64,000 nt of DNA from Candidatus Latescibacterota bacterium (GCA_965248355.1 OZ252098.1:2464001-2528000); one strand, 5' to 3'. Positions 50,210 through 60,762 are shown, counted from the first letter of the stretch. Translations and numbers: made by a program. The notes: generated by a model not told the origin, from the sequence alone.

Positions 50210-52281
50210 GAGTCCTCCTCGTTCCGCCGCGCCTGCAGGGCCGCCTCGCTGGCGGCGCCCATCATCTTCTGGATCTGCCCCATCACCCGCTGGGGGTCCT
50301 CCACCTGGCCCTCGGCGAGGAGCACGTAGTCGACGAGGAAGTGGGCCCACGACTTCAACTCCTCCGAGTCGCGCTGGGCCTTCAGCAGCTCCCCCATGTT
50401 GCGGATCGCCGCGTGCCGGGGGTTGATCTCAAGGGTGCGCCGGGTGACCGGGAAGTTCTCGTCGCTGACGCGCATGAGCCGCTCCATCTGCTGGCTCAGG
50501 CCCCCCGAGGGCGTCACGAGGGCGCACGGACTGTCGCTCAGCCGGCTCGACTCCTTCACGTCCCCCACCCGCTCCTCCAGCTCCTTCTTCAGGAAGCTCG
50601 CCAGCTCGATGGTCCGCTCCTTGTCGCCGGCGTCCTCGGCGCCTTCGAGCTTGACCTCCTCGGGCAGCTCCACGTCCTCGGCGTCGACGGCCTGGAAGGG
50701 CTTGCCGTCGAAGTCCTGCATCGAGCCCACCACCCACTCGTCCACCGGATCGGTGAGGTAAAGGACCTCCAGGTCGTGGCGGCGGAAGGCCTCCAGCAGC
50801 GGGCTCTGCTCGACCGCCGCCCGGCTCTCGCCGCCGAGGTAGAAGATCTTCTCCTGGTCCGACTGCATGCGGTCCACGTAGTCCTGCAGGGCGACCAGCC
50901 CCTCGGTCTGGGGGGTGCGGGTCTTCTCGCTCTCTGCGCCGGCCTTGCCGCCGGCCTCCTGGCCCGCTCCGGCGCTCCCGGCGTCCGCCTCCGCGTCAGC
51001 TTCCTGACCCGCCTCCTCGGTGTCCGCCTCCGCGGAGCCCGCGTCTGTAGCCAGCTTCCCGGAGAAGGAGGAGTAGAAGCGCAGCAGCTTGCCCACCTGC
51101 TCGCGGTGCTCGAAGTCGCGGGCCACGCCTTCCTTGAGGACGATGCCGAAGGACTCCCAGAAGGTCAGGAAGGCGGCCGGGTCCCGGTCCGCAAGACCCT
51201 CGATGCAGGACAGGACCCGGCGCGTCAGGGTCTGGCGGATCTTCACGACCACCGGGTTGTTCTGCAGCGATTCGCGGGCCACGTTGAGGGGCAGGTCGTC
51301 GCAGTCGACGACGCCGCGCACGAAGCGCAGGTACAGGGGCAGGACCTCGCAGTCGTCCTGGATGAAGACGCGCTTCACGTGCAGGTTGACGCGCACCTTG
51401 GGATCCGGCGAGAACAGCAGCTCCAGCGGCGACTGACGCGGCACGTAGAGGACGGCGTAGAACTGGATGGGCACGTCCACGGCCACGTGCTCCCAGACCA
51501 GGGGCTCCTGGTGATCGCCGGACAGGTGCTGGTAGAACTCCTTGTACTGCTCGTCCGTGATCTCGTTGCGGGGGCGCGCCCACAGGGCCGAGGCCTCGTT
51601 GGCCTGCTTGCCGGCCACCTTGATCGGGTAGGCCACGTAGTCGGAGTGCCGGCGCACGACGGCCTCGAGGCGGTGGGCGTCGAGGTACTCCTCGCAGTCG
51701 GAGCGCACGAAGACCTGGATCTCCGTGCCGCGGCCGGTCTTGTCGCGGGTCGTGGCGATGGTGTAGCTGCCGTCGCCCGTGGACTCCCAGACCACGGCCT
51801 CGGCCTCGGGATCCGCCGACCGGGTGGTGAGCACGACGCGCTCGGCGATCATGAAGACCGAGTAGAAGCCGACCCCGAACTGGCCGATCAGCTTCAGCCG
51901 CTGCTCCTCGTCCTGCTCGGCCGAGAGCCGCTCCAGGAACTCCCGCGACCCCGAGTGGGCGATGGTGCCGATGTTGCGGTTCACCTCGTCCCGGCTCATG
52001 CCGATGCCGGTGTCGCGGATCGTCAGCTTCCTGGCCGTGTTGTCGACGCTGATGTCGATCTCGAGCTCGGCGTCGGGATCGACGATCCCCTGGTCGGTGA
52101 GGGAGCGGAAGCGGATCTTGTCGAGGGCGTCGGAGGCGTTGGAGACCAGCTCCCGCAGGAAGACGTCCTTGTCGGTGTAGAGGGAGTGGACGAGGATCTG
52201 CAGGACCTGCTGGACCTCGGTCTGGAAGGCCCGCTCCTCGACCTGGGCCTCCTGCTCGCCTGTGCTGTGATGCTCGGTCAT
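50206..52281 (-). CDS. htpG: Molecular chaperone HtpG (Hsp90)
   Basis: FLRELVSNASDA, DTGIGM, IGQFGVGFYS, DLPLNVARE, LEINPRH. Confidence 0.96.
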   Translation of the reverse strand: MTEHHSTGEQEAQVEERAFQTEVQQVLQILVHSLYTDKDVFLRELVSNASDALDKIRFRSLTDQGIVDPDAELEIDISVDNTARKLTIRDTGIGMSRDEVNRNIGTIAHSGSREFLERLSAEQDEEQRLKLIGQFGVGFYSVFMIAERVVLTTRSADPEAEAVVWESTGDGSYTIATTRDKTGRGTEIQVFVRSDCEEYLDAHRLEAVVRRHSDYVAYPIKVAGKQANEASALWARPRNEITDEQYKEFYQHLSGDHQEPLVWEHVAVDVPIQFYAVLYVPRQSPLELLFSPDPKVRVNLHVKRVFIQDDCEVLPLYLRFVRGVVDCDDLPLNVARESLQNNPVVVKIRQTLTRRVLSCIEGLADRDPAAFLTFWESFGIVLKEGVARDFEHREQVGKLLRFYSSFSGKLATDAGSAEADTEEAGQEADAEADAGSAGAGQEAGGKAGAESEKTRTPQTEGLVALQDYVDRMQSDQEKIFYLGGESRAAVEQSPLLEAFRRHDLEVLYLTDPVDEWVVGSMQDFDGKPFQAVDAEDVELPEEVKLEGAEDAGDKERTIELASFLKKELEERVGDVKESSRLSDSPCALVTPSGGLSQQMERLMRVSDENFPVTRRTLEINPRHAAIRNMGELLKAQRDSEELKSWAHFLVDYVLLAEGQVEDPQRVMGQIQKMMGAASEAALQARRNEEDS

Positions 52282-52403
52282 GATGCCTTCGGACGGTCGG
52301 GGTGGCTGTGGCGTCGGGGAAGCGTGAGAATTTACGGCCCCCCCCCGCCGGGGCAAGGAGGCCTTTGGCCGGTCCCGTCCGGCGCCCGTATCTTCCTGGC
52401 GCC

Positions 52404-53678
52404 ATGGGAATCGACTGCGACCTGCTCATCGTCGGCGCCGGTCCGGCGGGGACCGCAGCCGCCATGTACGCCGCCCGGCAAGGCCTGACCTCGATCGTCC
52501 TCGACCGGGACACCTTCCCGCGCGACAAGATCTGCGGCGACGCCCTGTCCGGGAAGGCCCTGTCGGTCCTCGACGAGCTCGGCCTTCTGAAGGCCGCGGC
52601 CGGCCTGGACGGCAGCGAGATCAACCGGGTCCTCATGTCCAGCCCGGAGCACGTCGGCCTGAGCGTCGACCTGAGCGACCGGCGCCACCACGACCCCCTC
52701 ACCGGGCGAGAGCTGCCGCTGCGCGGCTACGTGATCCGCCGCCGCGTCTTCGACCACTTCCTGGTGCGCGCGGCCCGGGACCGCGGCATCGAGGTGCGCG
52801 AGGGGTTCGCCGTCAAGGACCTGGTGCGCGACGAGGCCGGCCGCGTCGTCGGCGTGCGCGGCCACCAGGGCGGCGGTTCCGGAAACGGCAATGGCCACCG
52901 CGGCCCCGAGGAGACCCTGAGGGCCCGCGTCGTCCTGGGCTGCGACGGCTTCAACTCCATCGTCGCCCGCCGCTCCGGCCTCTATGCCCACGATCCGCAA
53001 CACTGGGTGGTCGCCCTGCGCTGCTACTACGAAGGCGTCGCCGGCACCACCGACGAGATCGAGCTGCACTTCGTCGACGAGGTCCGGCCCGGGTACTTCT
53101 GGATCTTCCCCCTCGAGAACGGCGGCGCCAACATCGGCATCGGCATGGTGCACTCGGAGATGAAGCGCCGGGGCGTGGACCTGAAGCGCGCCCTGGCGGC
53201 GGTCATCGCCCGGCCGCCCTTTGCCGAGCGCTTCGCCGGGGCCCGGCCGCTGGAGCGCCCCGTTGGCTGGAACCTGCCCGTGGGCAGCCGCCGGCGACCC
53301 TGCCACGGCGACGGCTTCCTGCTGCTGGGCGACGCCGCCAGCCTCATCGACCCCTTCACCGGCGAGGGCATCGGCAACGCCCTCTACTCGGCCCGCCTCG
53401 CCGCCGAGGTCTGCCGCGAGGCGATCGCCGCGGAGGATACCTCGGCCGCCGTCCTCGGCCCCTACGAGGACCGCCTCTGGGAGGCCCTCGGCCCCGAGCT
53501 CAGGGTGAGCTACCAGATGCAGCGCATGGGCCGCGTGCGGCCGCTGCTCAACTTCGTCATCGGCAAGGGCGCCCGCTCGGCGAAGGTCTCCGAGCACATC
53601 TGCGGCATGATGGCCAACGCCGTGCCGAAGAAGGAGCTCACCAGCCCCCTGTACTACCTCAAGCTGCTCTTCGCCTGA
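52404..53678 (+). CDS. Geranylgeranyl reductase-family FAD oxidoreductase
   Basis: GAGPAG, FPRDKICGD, GYFWIFP, GDAASLIDPFTGEGI. Confidence 0.9.
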   Translation: MGIDCDLLIVGAGPAGTAAAMYAARQGLTSIVLDRDTFPRDKICGDALSGKALSVLDELGLLKAAAGLDGSEINRVLMSSPEHVGLSVDLSDRRHHDPLTGRELPLRGYVIRRRVFDHFLVRAARDRGIEVREGFAVKDLVRDEAGRVVGVRGHQGGGSGNGNGHRGPEETLRARVVLGCDGFNSIVARRSGLYAHDPQHWVVALRCYYEGVAGTTDEIELHFVDEVRPGYFWIFPLENGGANIGIGMVHSEMKRRGVDLKRALAAVIARPPFAERFAGARPLERPVGWNLPVGSRRRPCHGDGFLLLGDAASLIDPFTGEGIGNALYSARLAAEVCREAIAAEDTSAAVLGPYEDRLWEALGPELRVSYQMQRMGRVRPLLNFVIGKGARSAKVSEHICGMMANAVPKKELTSPLYYLKLLFA

Positions 53679-53687
53679 AGAGGTGGT

Positions 53688-53707
53688 CCCGGAGCGAACG
53701 CTCCGGG
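53688..53707. terminator. GC-rich hairpin between convergent genes (possible bidirectional terminator)
   Basis: CCCGGAGCG-AA-CGCTCCGGG; no U-tract. Confidence 0.5.
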
Positions 53708-53709
53708 TC

Positions 53710-54516
53710 TCAGAGCGCGGAGGCCAGGAAACCGCCGTCCACGGGCAGATCGGCGCCGGTGACGAAGGAGCTGGCCTCGTGGGAGGCCAGGAAGACCGCC
53801 GCGCCAACCAACTCCCGAGGATCGCCGAAGCGGCCCATGGGCGTGCGCTCCAGGATCTGCCGGCCTCGCTCCGTGGGCTCCCCGTCCTCGTCGAACAGCA
53901 GGCGGCGGTTCTGCTCGCCGGGAAAGAACCCGGGCGTGATCGAGTTGACCCGCACCGCCGGCGCCCACTCCCGCGCCAGGAACCGCGTCAGGTTGACCAC
54001 CGCCGCCTTGGCCGCCGAGTAGGCCACCACCCGCGACAGGGGGACGTGGGCGGTGATCGAGGCGATGTTGACGATGGAACCGCGGCCGGCGGCCCTCATG
54101 GGCGGGCCGAAGACCTGGCACGGCAGCAGCACCCCGGCGGCCAGGTTCAGATCGAGGCAGTCCCTCCAGGCCTGCAGGTCCACGTCCTCGAAGCGGAGCT
54201 GCTCGTCCAGGGTCACGGCGGGGTGGTTGCCGCCGGCGGCGTTGACGAGCACCGCCGGCTCGCCGAGGCCCTCCAGCACGCGCTCCCGCGCCTCGGCCAG
54301 GTGCTCCCGCGAGCCCGCGTCGCAGGGGATGAAGGCGGCGCGGCCTCCCGCCGCCTCGATCGCCTCCGCGACCCGCCCGCCGCGAGTTGGGTTGCGTCCG
54401 GCCACGGCCACCGCCGCCCCGGCCGCCGCCAGACCTCGCGCCATGGCGCCCCCGAGGGCCCCGGTGCCGCCGACGACGACGGCCACCTGCCCGTCGAGGC
54501 GGAAGCGGTCGGTCAC
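53710..54516 (-). CDS. SDR oxidoreductase (sugar-acid dehydrogenase-like)
   Basis: GGTGALG, NAAGGN, YSAAK, VRVNSITPGFF. Confidence 0.9.
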   Translation of the reverse strand: MTDRFRLDGQVAVVVGGTGALGGAMARGLAAAGAAVAVAGRNPTRGGRVAEAIEAAGGRAAFIPCDAGSREHLAEARERVLEGLGEPAVLVNAAGGNHPAVTLDEQLRFEDVDLQAWRDCLDLNLAAGVLLPCQVFGPPMRAAGRGSIVNIASITAHVPLSRVVAYSAAKAAVVNLTRFLAREWAPAVRVNSITPGFFPGEQNRRLLFDEDGEPTERGRQILERTPMGRFGDPRELVGAAVFLASHEASSFVTGADLPVDGGFLASAL

Positions 54517-55340
54517 GGCACCCCCCGCAGGCCCCAGCCCGCGGCCACGGCCCGCGACAGCAGGCCGATGAGGCCTCCGAAGACGTTGCCCCACACGATC
54601 AGCCAGCCGAGGTGGCGGCGCATGACGTGCTCCATCATCTCCTTGACGATGCGGGGCGTCAGCTCCTCGAGCTTGGCCTCCAGCAGCCCGTCCACCTGGG
54701 CGCGCAAGGCCGGGATGCCGGCCGACGGATCCTCCCGCAGGCGCTCCTCGACCAGGGGCGCCAGACGGTCGATCAGGGCCCCCATGAACTGCCGCGCCAG
54801 GACCTTGAGCACGTCCGGCCCGGCCATGCGGACCATCATGCCCATGGGGCCCTGCTTCAGCGTCTCCAGTTCCGCCTCGATGGCGCGGTCGGCCTCCTCC
54901 GAGTCCAGCAGGGCCCGCATCTCCTCCCCCAGGCGCGGGGCCACGTTCCCGGACCCTTGCTCCTCGAAGAACCGGCGCAGGTAGGCCTCCTCGAAGAAGT
55001 GGGTCATGATCAGCGTCTTGATGGTGGCGCGGATCTCGCGGAAGCGGTTGGGGATCACGCCCGACCCGTAGAGGCCGGGGACGCGGTCGAAGAGCATCTT
55101 CACGGCGAGCCAGTTGGTGATGCCGCCGGCGAACCCGAAGAGCCCGGCGGCCAGCGCCCACGGAGCGGCCGCCGTCAGCCAGGCGGGGGTCCCGGGAGGC
55201 GCCGCGGAAAGACCCAGGCCCGCCAGGAGCAGCAGCAGCGAGAGGCCGTTGGAGACCTTCCCCTTGGTCCAGAAGCCGGCCTCTCCGGAGAGGCCGGGGA
55301 TCTCCGGAGAGGGGCTCTCCGTCTCGGGAGCCTCCCTCAC
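54513..55340 (-). CDS. DUF445-family membrane protein
   Basis: GGITNWLAVKMLF...GSGVIP; HLGWLIVWGNVFGGLIG. Confidence 0.82.
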   Translation of the reverse strand: MREAPETESPSPEIPGLSGEAGFWTKGKVSNGLSLLLLLAGLGLSAAPPGTPAWLTAAAPWALAAGLFGFAGGITNWLAVKMLFDRVPGLYGSGVIPNRFREIRATIKTLIMTHFFEEAYLRRFFEEQGSGNVAPRLGEEMRALLDSEEADRAIEAELETLKQGPMGMMVRMAGPDVLKVLARQFMGALIDRLAPLVEERLREDPSAGIPALRAQVDGLLEAKLEELTPRIVKEMMEHVMRRHLGWLIVWGNVFGGLIGLLSRAVAAGWGLRGVP

Positions 55341-56440
55341 GGCAGCCCCCGGTCCGTGGACGTGTCCCGGCGGTCGCGGTGGCGCTCGAGGGCGAGCTGG
55401 ATCAGGCGGTCGATCAGCTCCGCATAGCTGACGCCGCTGGCCTCCCACAGCTTGGGATACATGCTGATCGGCGTGAACCCCGGCATGGTGTTGATCTCGT
55501 TCACGTAGACCCGCTCCTCCTCGTCGCGGCTGACGAAGAAGTCCACCCGGGACAGGCCGGCGGCCTCCACCGCCAGGAAGGCCCGCCGCCCCAGGTCGCG
55601 CACCCGCTGCGCCGTCTCCGGCCGGATGCGCGCCGGGATGATGAGCTCGGAGTTGTCGTCGAGGTACTTGGCGCGGTAGTCGTAGAACTCGTTGCCCGGC
55701 ACGATCTCCCCGGCCACCGAGACCTCGGGGTCCTCGTACCCGAGGACCGAGACCTCCACCTCGCGGCAGTCGGCGGCCTCGGCCTCGACGACGAGCTTGC
55801 GGTCATAGCGCGAGGCCTCGTCCAGGCCTGCCGCCAGCTCGCCGGCGTCGCGCGCCTTGGAGATGCCCACGCTGGACCCGAGGTTGGCGGGCTTGACGAA
55901 CATGGGGTAGCCGAGCCGCTCCTCCAGCTCGCCCCGCACCGCCTCCGGCTCGGCGCGCCAGCGGCTGCGCAGCACCGCGGCGAACTCCACCTGGTCGAAG
56001 CCCTCGGCCTGGAAGACGCGCTTCATCAGGTCCTTGTCCATGCCCACCGCCGAGCCGAGGACGCCGGATCCCACGTAGGCGACGCCGGCCAGCTCCATCA
56101 GGCCCTGCACGGTGCCGTCCTCGCCGTAGGGGCCGTGCAGGATGGGGAAGATGACGTCCACCGGCCGGGCGCCGGCCGTGCCGTTCTGCATGACCAGGTC
56201 GCCACCCGGGTAGTCGAGGGCCACGGGCTGGAGCCCCTCCCCCCCCACCTCGCCGGCGGCCAGCAGGCCCGTGGCGTCGCCCGCGGCCAGCCAGCGGCCC
56301 TCGCGGTCGATGCCGATCATGGTGACCTCGTACTTGTCCCGGTCGATCGACTCCAGCACGGAGCGCGCGGAGGTGACGGAGACCTCGTGCTCGGCGGAGC
56401 GGCCCCCGAAGAGGACGCCGACCCGGATCTTGTCGGGCAT
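55337..56440 (-). CDS. ddl: D-alanine--D-alanine ligase
   Basis: GGRSAEHEVS, LHGPYGEDG, KPANLGSSVG, FYDYRAKY, NEINTMPGFT. Confidence 0.96.
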   Translation of the reverse strand: MPDKIRVGVLFGGRSAEHEVSVTSARSVLESIDRDKYEVTMIGIDREGRWLAAGDATGLLAAGEVGGEGLQPVALDYPGGDLVMQNGTAGARPVDVIFPILHGPYGEDGTVQGLMELAGVAYVGSGVLGSAVGMDKDLMKRVFQAEGFDQVEFAAVLRSRWRAEPEAVRGELEERLGYPMFVKPANLGSSVGISKARDAGELAAGLDEASRYDRKLVVEAEAADCREVEVSVLGYEDPEVSVAGEIVPGNEFYDYRAKYLDDNSELIIPARIRPETAQRVRDLGRRAFLAVEAAGLSRVDFFVSRDEEERVYVNEINTMPGFTPISMYPKLWEASGVSYAELIDRLIQLALERHRDRRDTSTDRGLP

Positions 56441-56576
56441 TTTGGGGTTGCGCCTTTCTGTGGTGGTTGGAGTGATGACCCAAGATACACAGTCGGCCGG
56501 AAACCGGCCCCCGCGAGCCTTGCCCGGCCGGAGCGCCGCGAGGTAGATTGGCCTTCCGGACAGGAGGATCCACCCC

Positions 56577-56975
56577 ATGATCCGAGCTCTTCTCGCCGTC
56601 GCCGCGGGGATCGCCGTCGCCTTCGGCGGCATCGCCCTGCTCCAGTCCATCGGCCACGAGATGTACCCGCCGCCCGAGGGGATCGACCCGGCCGACCGGG
56701 ACGCCTTCGCCGAGATCGTCGGCCAGATGCCGGCCGGCGCCCTGCTCATGGTGCTGCTCGCCTATGCCCTGGGGACGTTCTGCGGCGCCTGGGTGGCGGC
56801 GCGCATCGCCGCACGGCCCTTTCCGGCTCTGCTCGTGGGCGGGGTGATGATGCTCGCCGGCATCTCCAACTTGGCGATCATCCCGCACCCGCTGTGGTTC
56901 ATGGTGCTCAGCGTTCTCGTCTTCGTGCCCTCGGCCTGGCTCGCCAGCCGCGTGGCCGGGGTCCACTCCTCGTGA
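56577..56975 (+). CDS. Small integral membrane protein (about 4 TM)
   Basis: AGGAGG SD; four hydrophobic segments; PHPLWF. Confidence 0.75.
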   Translation: MIRALLAVAAGIAVAFGGIALLQSIGHEMYPPPEGIDPADRDAFAEIVGQMPAGALLMVLLAYALGTFCGAWVAARIAARPFPALLVGGVMMLAGISNLAIIPHPLWFMVLSVLVFVPSAWLASRVAGVHSS

Positions 56976-57247
56976 GCGGTGCCCCGCCGCGCGCCCGGGT
57001 CCCCGCCGATGCCCGCACGGTCTCGGTCTTCTGCGCCGGGTGCCGGACCCTGCTGCTGCGCTACCGCAAGGGGGGCGCCGGCGGCCTGGTGAAGATCCGC
57101 CCGGAGCGCATCGCCGAGGACCTCACCGGCGGCGACCTCCGCTGCCCCCGGTGCGGCCAGGCCTTCGCCCGCGAGCGCGGCACCATGGGCGGGCCCGCCT
57201 TCCTCATCGGCGGCAAGGTCTTCACCCGGGGCCTGCGCCGGAAATGA
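56972..57247 (+). CDS. Small zinc-ribbon protein
   Basis: GTGA and ATGA overlaps with its neighbours; CAGC...CPRC. Confidence 0.7.
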   Translation: MSGAPPRARVPADARTVSVFCAGCRTLLLRYRKGGAGGLVKIRPERIAEDLTGGDLRCPRCGQAFARERGTMGGPAFLIGGKVFTRGLRRK

Positions 57248-58539
57248 CCGCCGCGCCCGCATCTCCCGGCCCCGCCTTCGGCCGGCCCCGCGAGGTGGAC
57301 GTCCTCGTGGTCGGGGCCGGCGCCGTGGGCGTCTGCAGCGCCTGGTTCCTGCGCCGCGCCGGCGCCGAGGTGGTCCTCCTCGACAAGGGCGCCGTCTGCT
57401 CGGGCAGCTCCCACGGCAACGCCGGCCTCGTCGTGCCGAGTCACAGCGTGCCCCTGGCCGAGCCGGCGGCGCTGCGCGCCGGCCTGCGCTACATGCTGAG
57501 CCCGGACAGCCCCTTCTACATCAAGCCGCGCCTCGACGGCGACCTGCTGCGCTGGCTGTGGCGCTTCCGCCGCGCCGCCACCCAGGCCCGCGTCGACCGG
57601 GCCGTCCCCGTCCTGCGCGATCTCCACCTCGAGAGCCGCGGCCTCTACCGCGAGATCGCCGACAGCGGCCTGGACTTCGGCTACAGCGAGATCGGCCGGC
57701 TCATGCTGTGCGACAGCCCGGAGGGGCTGGCCGGCGCCGAGGAGGAGGCGCACCACATGCGCGCCGCCGGTGTCGAGGTGGAGAGTCTGGACGCTGCCGA
57801 GGCCGCCGGACGGCTGGGCGACTTGGAGGTCCGCTGCGTGGGCGGCCTCTTCTACCCCCAGGACGCCCACATGGATCCCGGACGCTTCGTGCGCGGCCTG
57901 GCCGGCCGCGCCGCCGAGGAAGGCGTGACCGTCATCGAGGGGGCCGAGGTGCTGCGGCTGCTGACCCGGGGCGACTCCGTCGAGGCCGTGGAGACGACGC
58001 GCGGCGCCTTCCGCCCGCGGCAGCTCGTCCTCGCCGCCGGCTCCTGGAGCCCGGAGCTGGCCCGCGGCCTCGGGGTGGAGGCGCCGATCCAGCCGGCCAA
58101 GGGATACTCGGTCACCGTCGAGGCCCCGGACGGCACGCCGGAGCTGCCGCTCATGCTGACCGAGGCCCGGGTGGCGATGACGCCCATGGGCCGGGGGCGG
58201 CTGCGCTTCGCCGGCACCCTGGAGCTGGCCGGCCTGGACCTGTCCATCAACCAGCGCCGCGTCGACGCCATCATGCGCGCCGTGCCGCGCTACATCCCCC
58301 ACTGGGATCCCGCCGGCTTCCGCGTCCACGAGGTCTGGCGCGGGCTGCGGCCCTGCACCCCCGACGGCATGGCCCTCCTCGGCCGGCCGCGGCGGTGGGG
58401 CAACGTGGTGATGGCCGCCGGGCATGCCACGATCGGCCTCTCCCTGGGGCCGGTGACCGGACGCATCGTCTCCCGGCTGGCGGCCGGCGAGGAACCCGGC
58501 CACGACCTGAGCCTGCTCGACCCCGACCGCTTCACCTGA
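57244..58539 (+). CDS. FAD-dependent D-amino acid dehydrogenase (DadA-like)
   Basis: VGAGAVG, SSHGNAG, AAGSWS, PAKGYS, WRGLRPCTPDG, GHATIG. Confidence 0.9.
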   Translation: MTAAPASPGPAFGRPREVDVLVVGAGAVGVCSAWFLRRAGAEVVLLDKGAVCSGSSHGNAGLVVPSHSVPLAEPAALRAGLRYMLSPDSPFYIKPRLDGDLLRWLWRFRRAATQARVDRAVPVLRDLHLESRGLYREIADSGLDFGYSEIGRLMLCDSPEGLAGAEEEAHHMRAAGVEVESLDAAEAAGRLGDLEVRCVGGLFYPQDAHMDPGRFVRGLAGRAAEEGVTVIEGAEVLRLLTRGDSVEAVETTRGAFRPRQLVLAAGSWSPELARGLGVEAPIQPAKGYSVTVEAPDGTPELPLMLTEARVAMTPMGRGRLRFAGTLELAGLDLSINQRRVDAIMRAVPRYIPHWDPAGFRVHEVWRGLRPCTPDGMALLGRPRRWGNVVMAAGHATIGLSLGPVTGRIVSRLAAGEEPGHDLSLLDPDRFT

Positions 58540-58550
58540 GAAAGGACGCC

Positions 58551-59594
58551 ATGCTCCCCATCGACCTGGGCAACCTCTACCTCGACCGGCGGGCGGAGTC
58601 CCGCTCCCTGAGCGCCGAGAACCCCGATGGCGCCGTCGGCGGCGGCGCCCGCGCCGAGCCCGGGCCCGACAGCGCCGCCCGGGATCTCGGCAAGGGCTGG
58701 AAGGTCCGTCCGTGTCTGAAGCTGGCCCCCGGCAGCACCACCACCCTGATGGACCACGAGGGACCCGGCGTCCTCCGCCACATGTGGTTCACCTTCCGCC
58801 ACACGTTCTACCGCTCCGTCATCCTGCGCATCTACTGGGACGGACAGGACCACCCCTCGGTGGAGGCGCCGCTGGGAGACTTCGGCTGCAACGCCTGGAA
58901 CGAGCGCCAGGACGTGCTCGGCGCGCCGGTCAACGTCAACCCCAACGGCGGCATGAACATCTACTTCCCCATGCCTTTCCGCCGGCAGGTCCGCATCACC
59001 GTGGAGAACGACGGCGTCAACGAGCTGCCCGGGTTCTTCTACACGATTGACTACACCCTCGAGGAGGTCCCGGACGAAGCCCTCGCCTTCTGCGCCCAGT
59101 GGCGGCGGACCAACCCGCTGCCCTACGCACAGGAGTACGTCATGGCCGACGGCATCCGGGGCCGCGGTCAGTACGTGGGCACCTTCATGGCCTGGCAGCA
59201 GAACAGCGCCGGCTGGTGGGGCGAAGGGGAGATCAAGATCTTCCTCGACGGCGACGGCGAGCACCCGACGATCTGCGGCACCGGCACCGAGGACTACTTC
59301 TGCGGCGCCTGGGGTTTCGGCCGCGACTTCTCGGGACCGTACGCCGGCTTCCGCCAGGTGGTGAAGAGCTCCGGCGAGGCCGGCTGCCGCATGACCCTGT
59401 ACCGCTTCCACGTCCACGACCCCGTGTTCTTCAAGAGCGACCTGCGCCTGCACATGCAGGCCCTCGGCTGGCGCTCGGAGGGCCGCTACCTGGCCCTGCA
59501 GGACGACATCGCCTCCGTGGTCTACTGGTACCAGACGCTGCCGTCGGCGCCCCTGCCCGAGCTGCCGGGCGCGGACGCTCGGGAGGTCATCTGA
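58551..59594 (+). CDS. DUF2961 / glycoside hydrolase family 172 protein
   Basis: SRSLSAENPDG, LRIYWDG, WWGEGE, GTGTEDYF, YRFHVHDPV, YWYQ. Confidence 0.9.
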   Translation: MLPIDLGNLYLDRRAESRSLSAENPDGAVGGGARAEPGPDSAARDLGKGWKVRPCLKLAPGSTTTLMDHEGPGVLRHMWFTFRHTFYRSVILRIYWDGQDHPSVEAPLGDFGCNAWNERQDVLGAPVNVNPNGGMNIYFPMPFRRQVRITVENDGVNELPGFFYTIDYTLEEVPDEALAFCAQWRRTNPLPYAQEYVMADGIRGRGQYVGTFMAWQQNSAGWWGEGEIKIFLDGDGEHPTICGTGTEDYFCGAWGFGRDFSGPYAGFRQVVKSSGEAGCRMTLYRFHVHDPVFFKSDLRLHMQALGWRSEGRYLALQDDIASVVYWYQTLPSAPLPELPGADAREVI

Positions 59595-59703
59595 GCCGCC
59601 GTTCGGGGGCGAAGCGCCCCTCCTGACGCCCGGCGCGCAATCTTGTCGGCCTTTGGGGCCATGCGTACCTTGCGCCGTTCCCCTCTCGCGGCGGTAATCA
59701 GAC

Positions 59704-60762
59704 ATGGCAGACCGGGCTCTCGTCTTCATCGGCAACTACACCAGGGGTGACGACGCCGCCATCTACTACGGCGAGGCCGACCCCGCCTCGGGCGCCCTGC
59801 GCATCCACGGCCGGACGCCGTGCGAGGACTCCCCCTCCTTCCTCGTCCTGCACCCCAACGGCCGCTGCCTCTACGCCGTGAACGAGGTCTCCCACTTCGA
59901 CGGCGGCGGTGCCGTCAGCGCCTTCTCCATCGACGCCGACTCGGGGGCCCTCACCTTCCTCAACCTGCAGCCCACCGGCGGTTCGGCGCCGTGCCACAAC
60001 ACCGTCGACCACAGCGGCCGCTACGTCCTCAGCGCCAACTACGGCGGCGGCAGCGTCTCCATGCACCCGGTGCGGGACGACGGCAGCCTGGGGGAGATCT
60101 CCGACTTCCATCAGCACGAGGGCTCCAGCGTCGATCCGGGGCGCCAGCAGGGGCCGCACGCTCACTCGATCAACGTCGATCCGGACAACGGCTTCGCCTT
60201 CTGCGCCGACCTCGGCCTCGACGAGGTCCTGGTCTACGCCCTCGACCTGGAGGCCGGCCGGCTGGTCCCCCACGGCGCGGGACGGGTGACCCCCGGCGCC
60301 GGGCCCCGGCACATGGCCTTCCACCCGAACCGGCGCTTCGCCTACGTCATCAACGAGATTTCCAACACCATCACGGTCTTCGCCCGCGGCGAGGACGGCG
60401 GCTCCCTCACCGAGGTCGAGGAGGTGACGACGCTGCCCGCGGGCTACGCCGAGACCACGCACACCTCCGACATCCACCTCTCCTCCGACGGCCGCTTCCT
60501 CTACGGCTCCAACCGCGGCCACGACTCGATCGCCGCCTTCGCCGTCGACGCCGGCAGCGGCCGCCTCACCCTTCTCGGCCACGCGCCGGTGCCGTCGGCG
60601 CCGCGCAACTTCGCCCTCGACCCCACGGGCCGCTGGCTCTACTCGGGCGGACACCACACGGACCGCATCGCCGTGCTCCGCGTCGACGACTCGGGCCGGC
60701 TTCAAGACACGGGACAGGGCGTGGACACGCCCTCCCCGGTGTGCATCAAGATGCTTCGCTGA
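59704..60762 (+). CDS. 7-bladed lactonase (6-phosphogluconolactonase family)
   Basis: ANYGGGS, PHAHS, DLGLD, GAGPRH, SNRGHDS, PRNF. Confidence 0.92.
   Translation: MADRALVFIGNYTRGDDAAIYYGEADPASGALRIHGRTPCEDSPSFLVLHPNGRCLYAVNEVSHFDGGGAVSAFSIDADSGALTFLNLQPTGGSAPCHNTVDHSGRYVLSANYGGGSVSMHPVRDDGSLGEISDFHQHEGSSVDPGRQQGPHAHSINVDPDNGFAFCADLGLDEVLVYALDLEAGRLVPHGAGRVTPGAGPRHMAFHPNRRFAYVINEISNTITVFARGEDGGSLTEVEEVTTLPAGYAETTHTSDIHLSSDGRFLYGSNRGHDSIAAFAVDAGSGRLTLLGHAPVPSAPRNFALDPTGRWLYSGGHHTDRIAVLRVDDSGRLQDTGQGVDTPSPVCIKMLR

Noticed and set aside
55337..56440. Van-type D-Ala-D-Lac ligase
   Set aside because: The omega loop FYDYRAKY is D-Ala-D-Ala type and no van genes are nearby.
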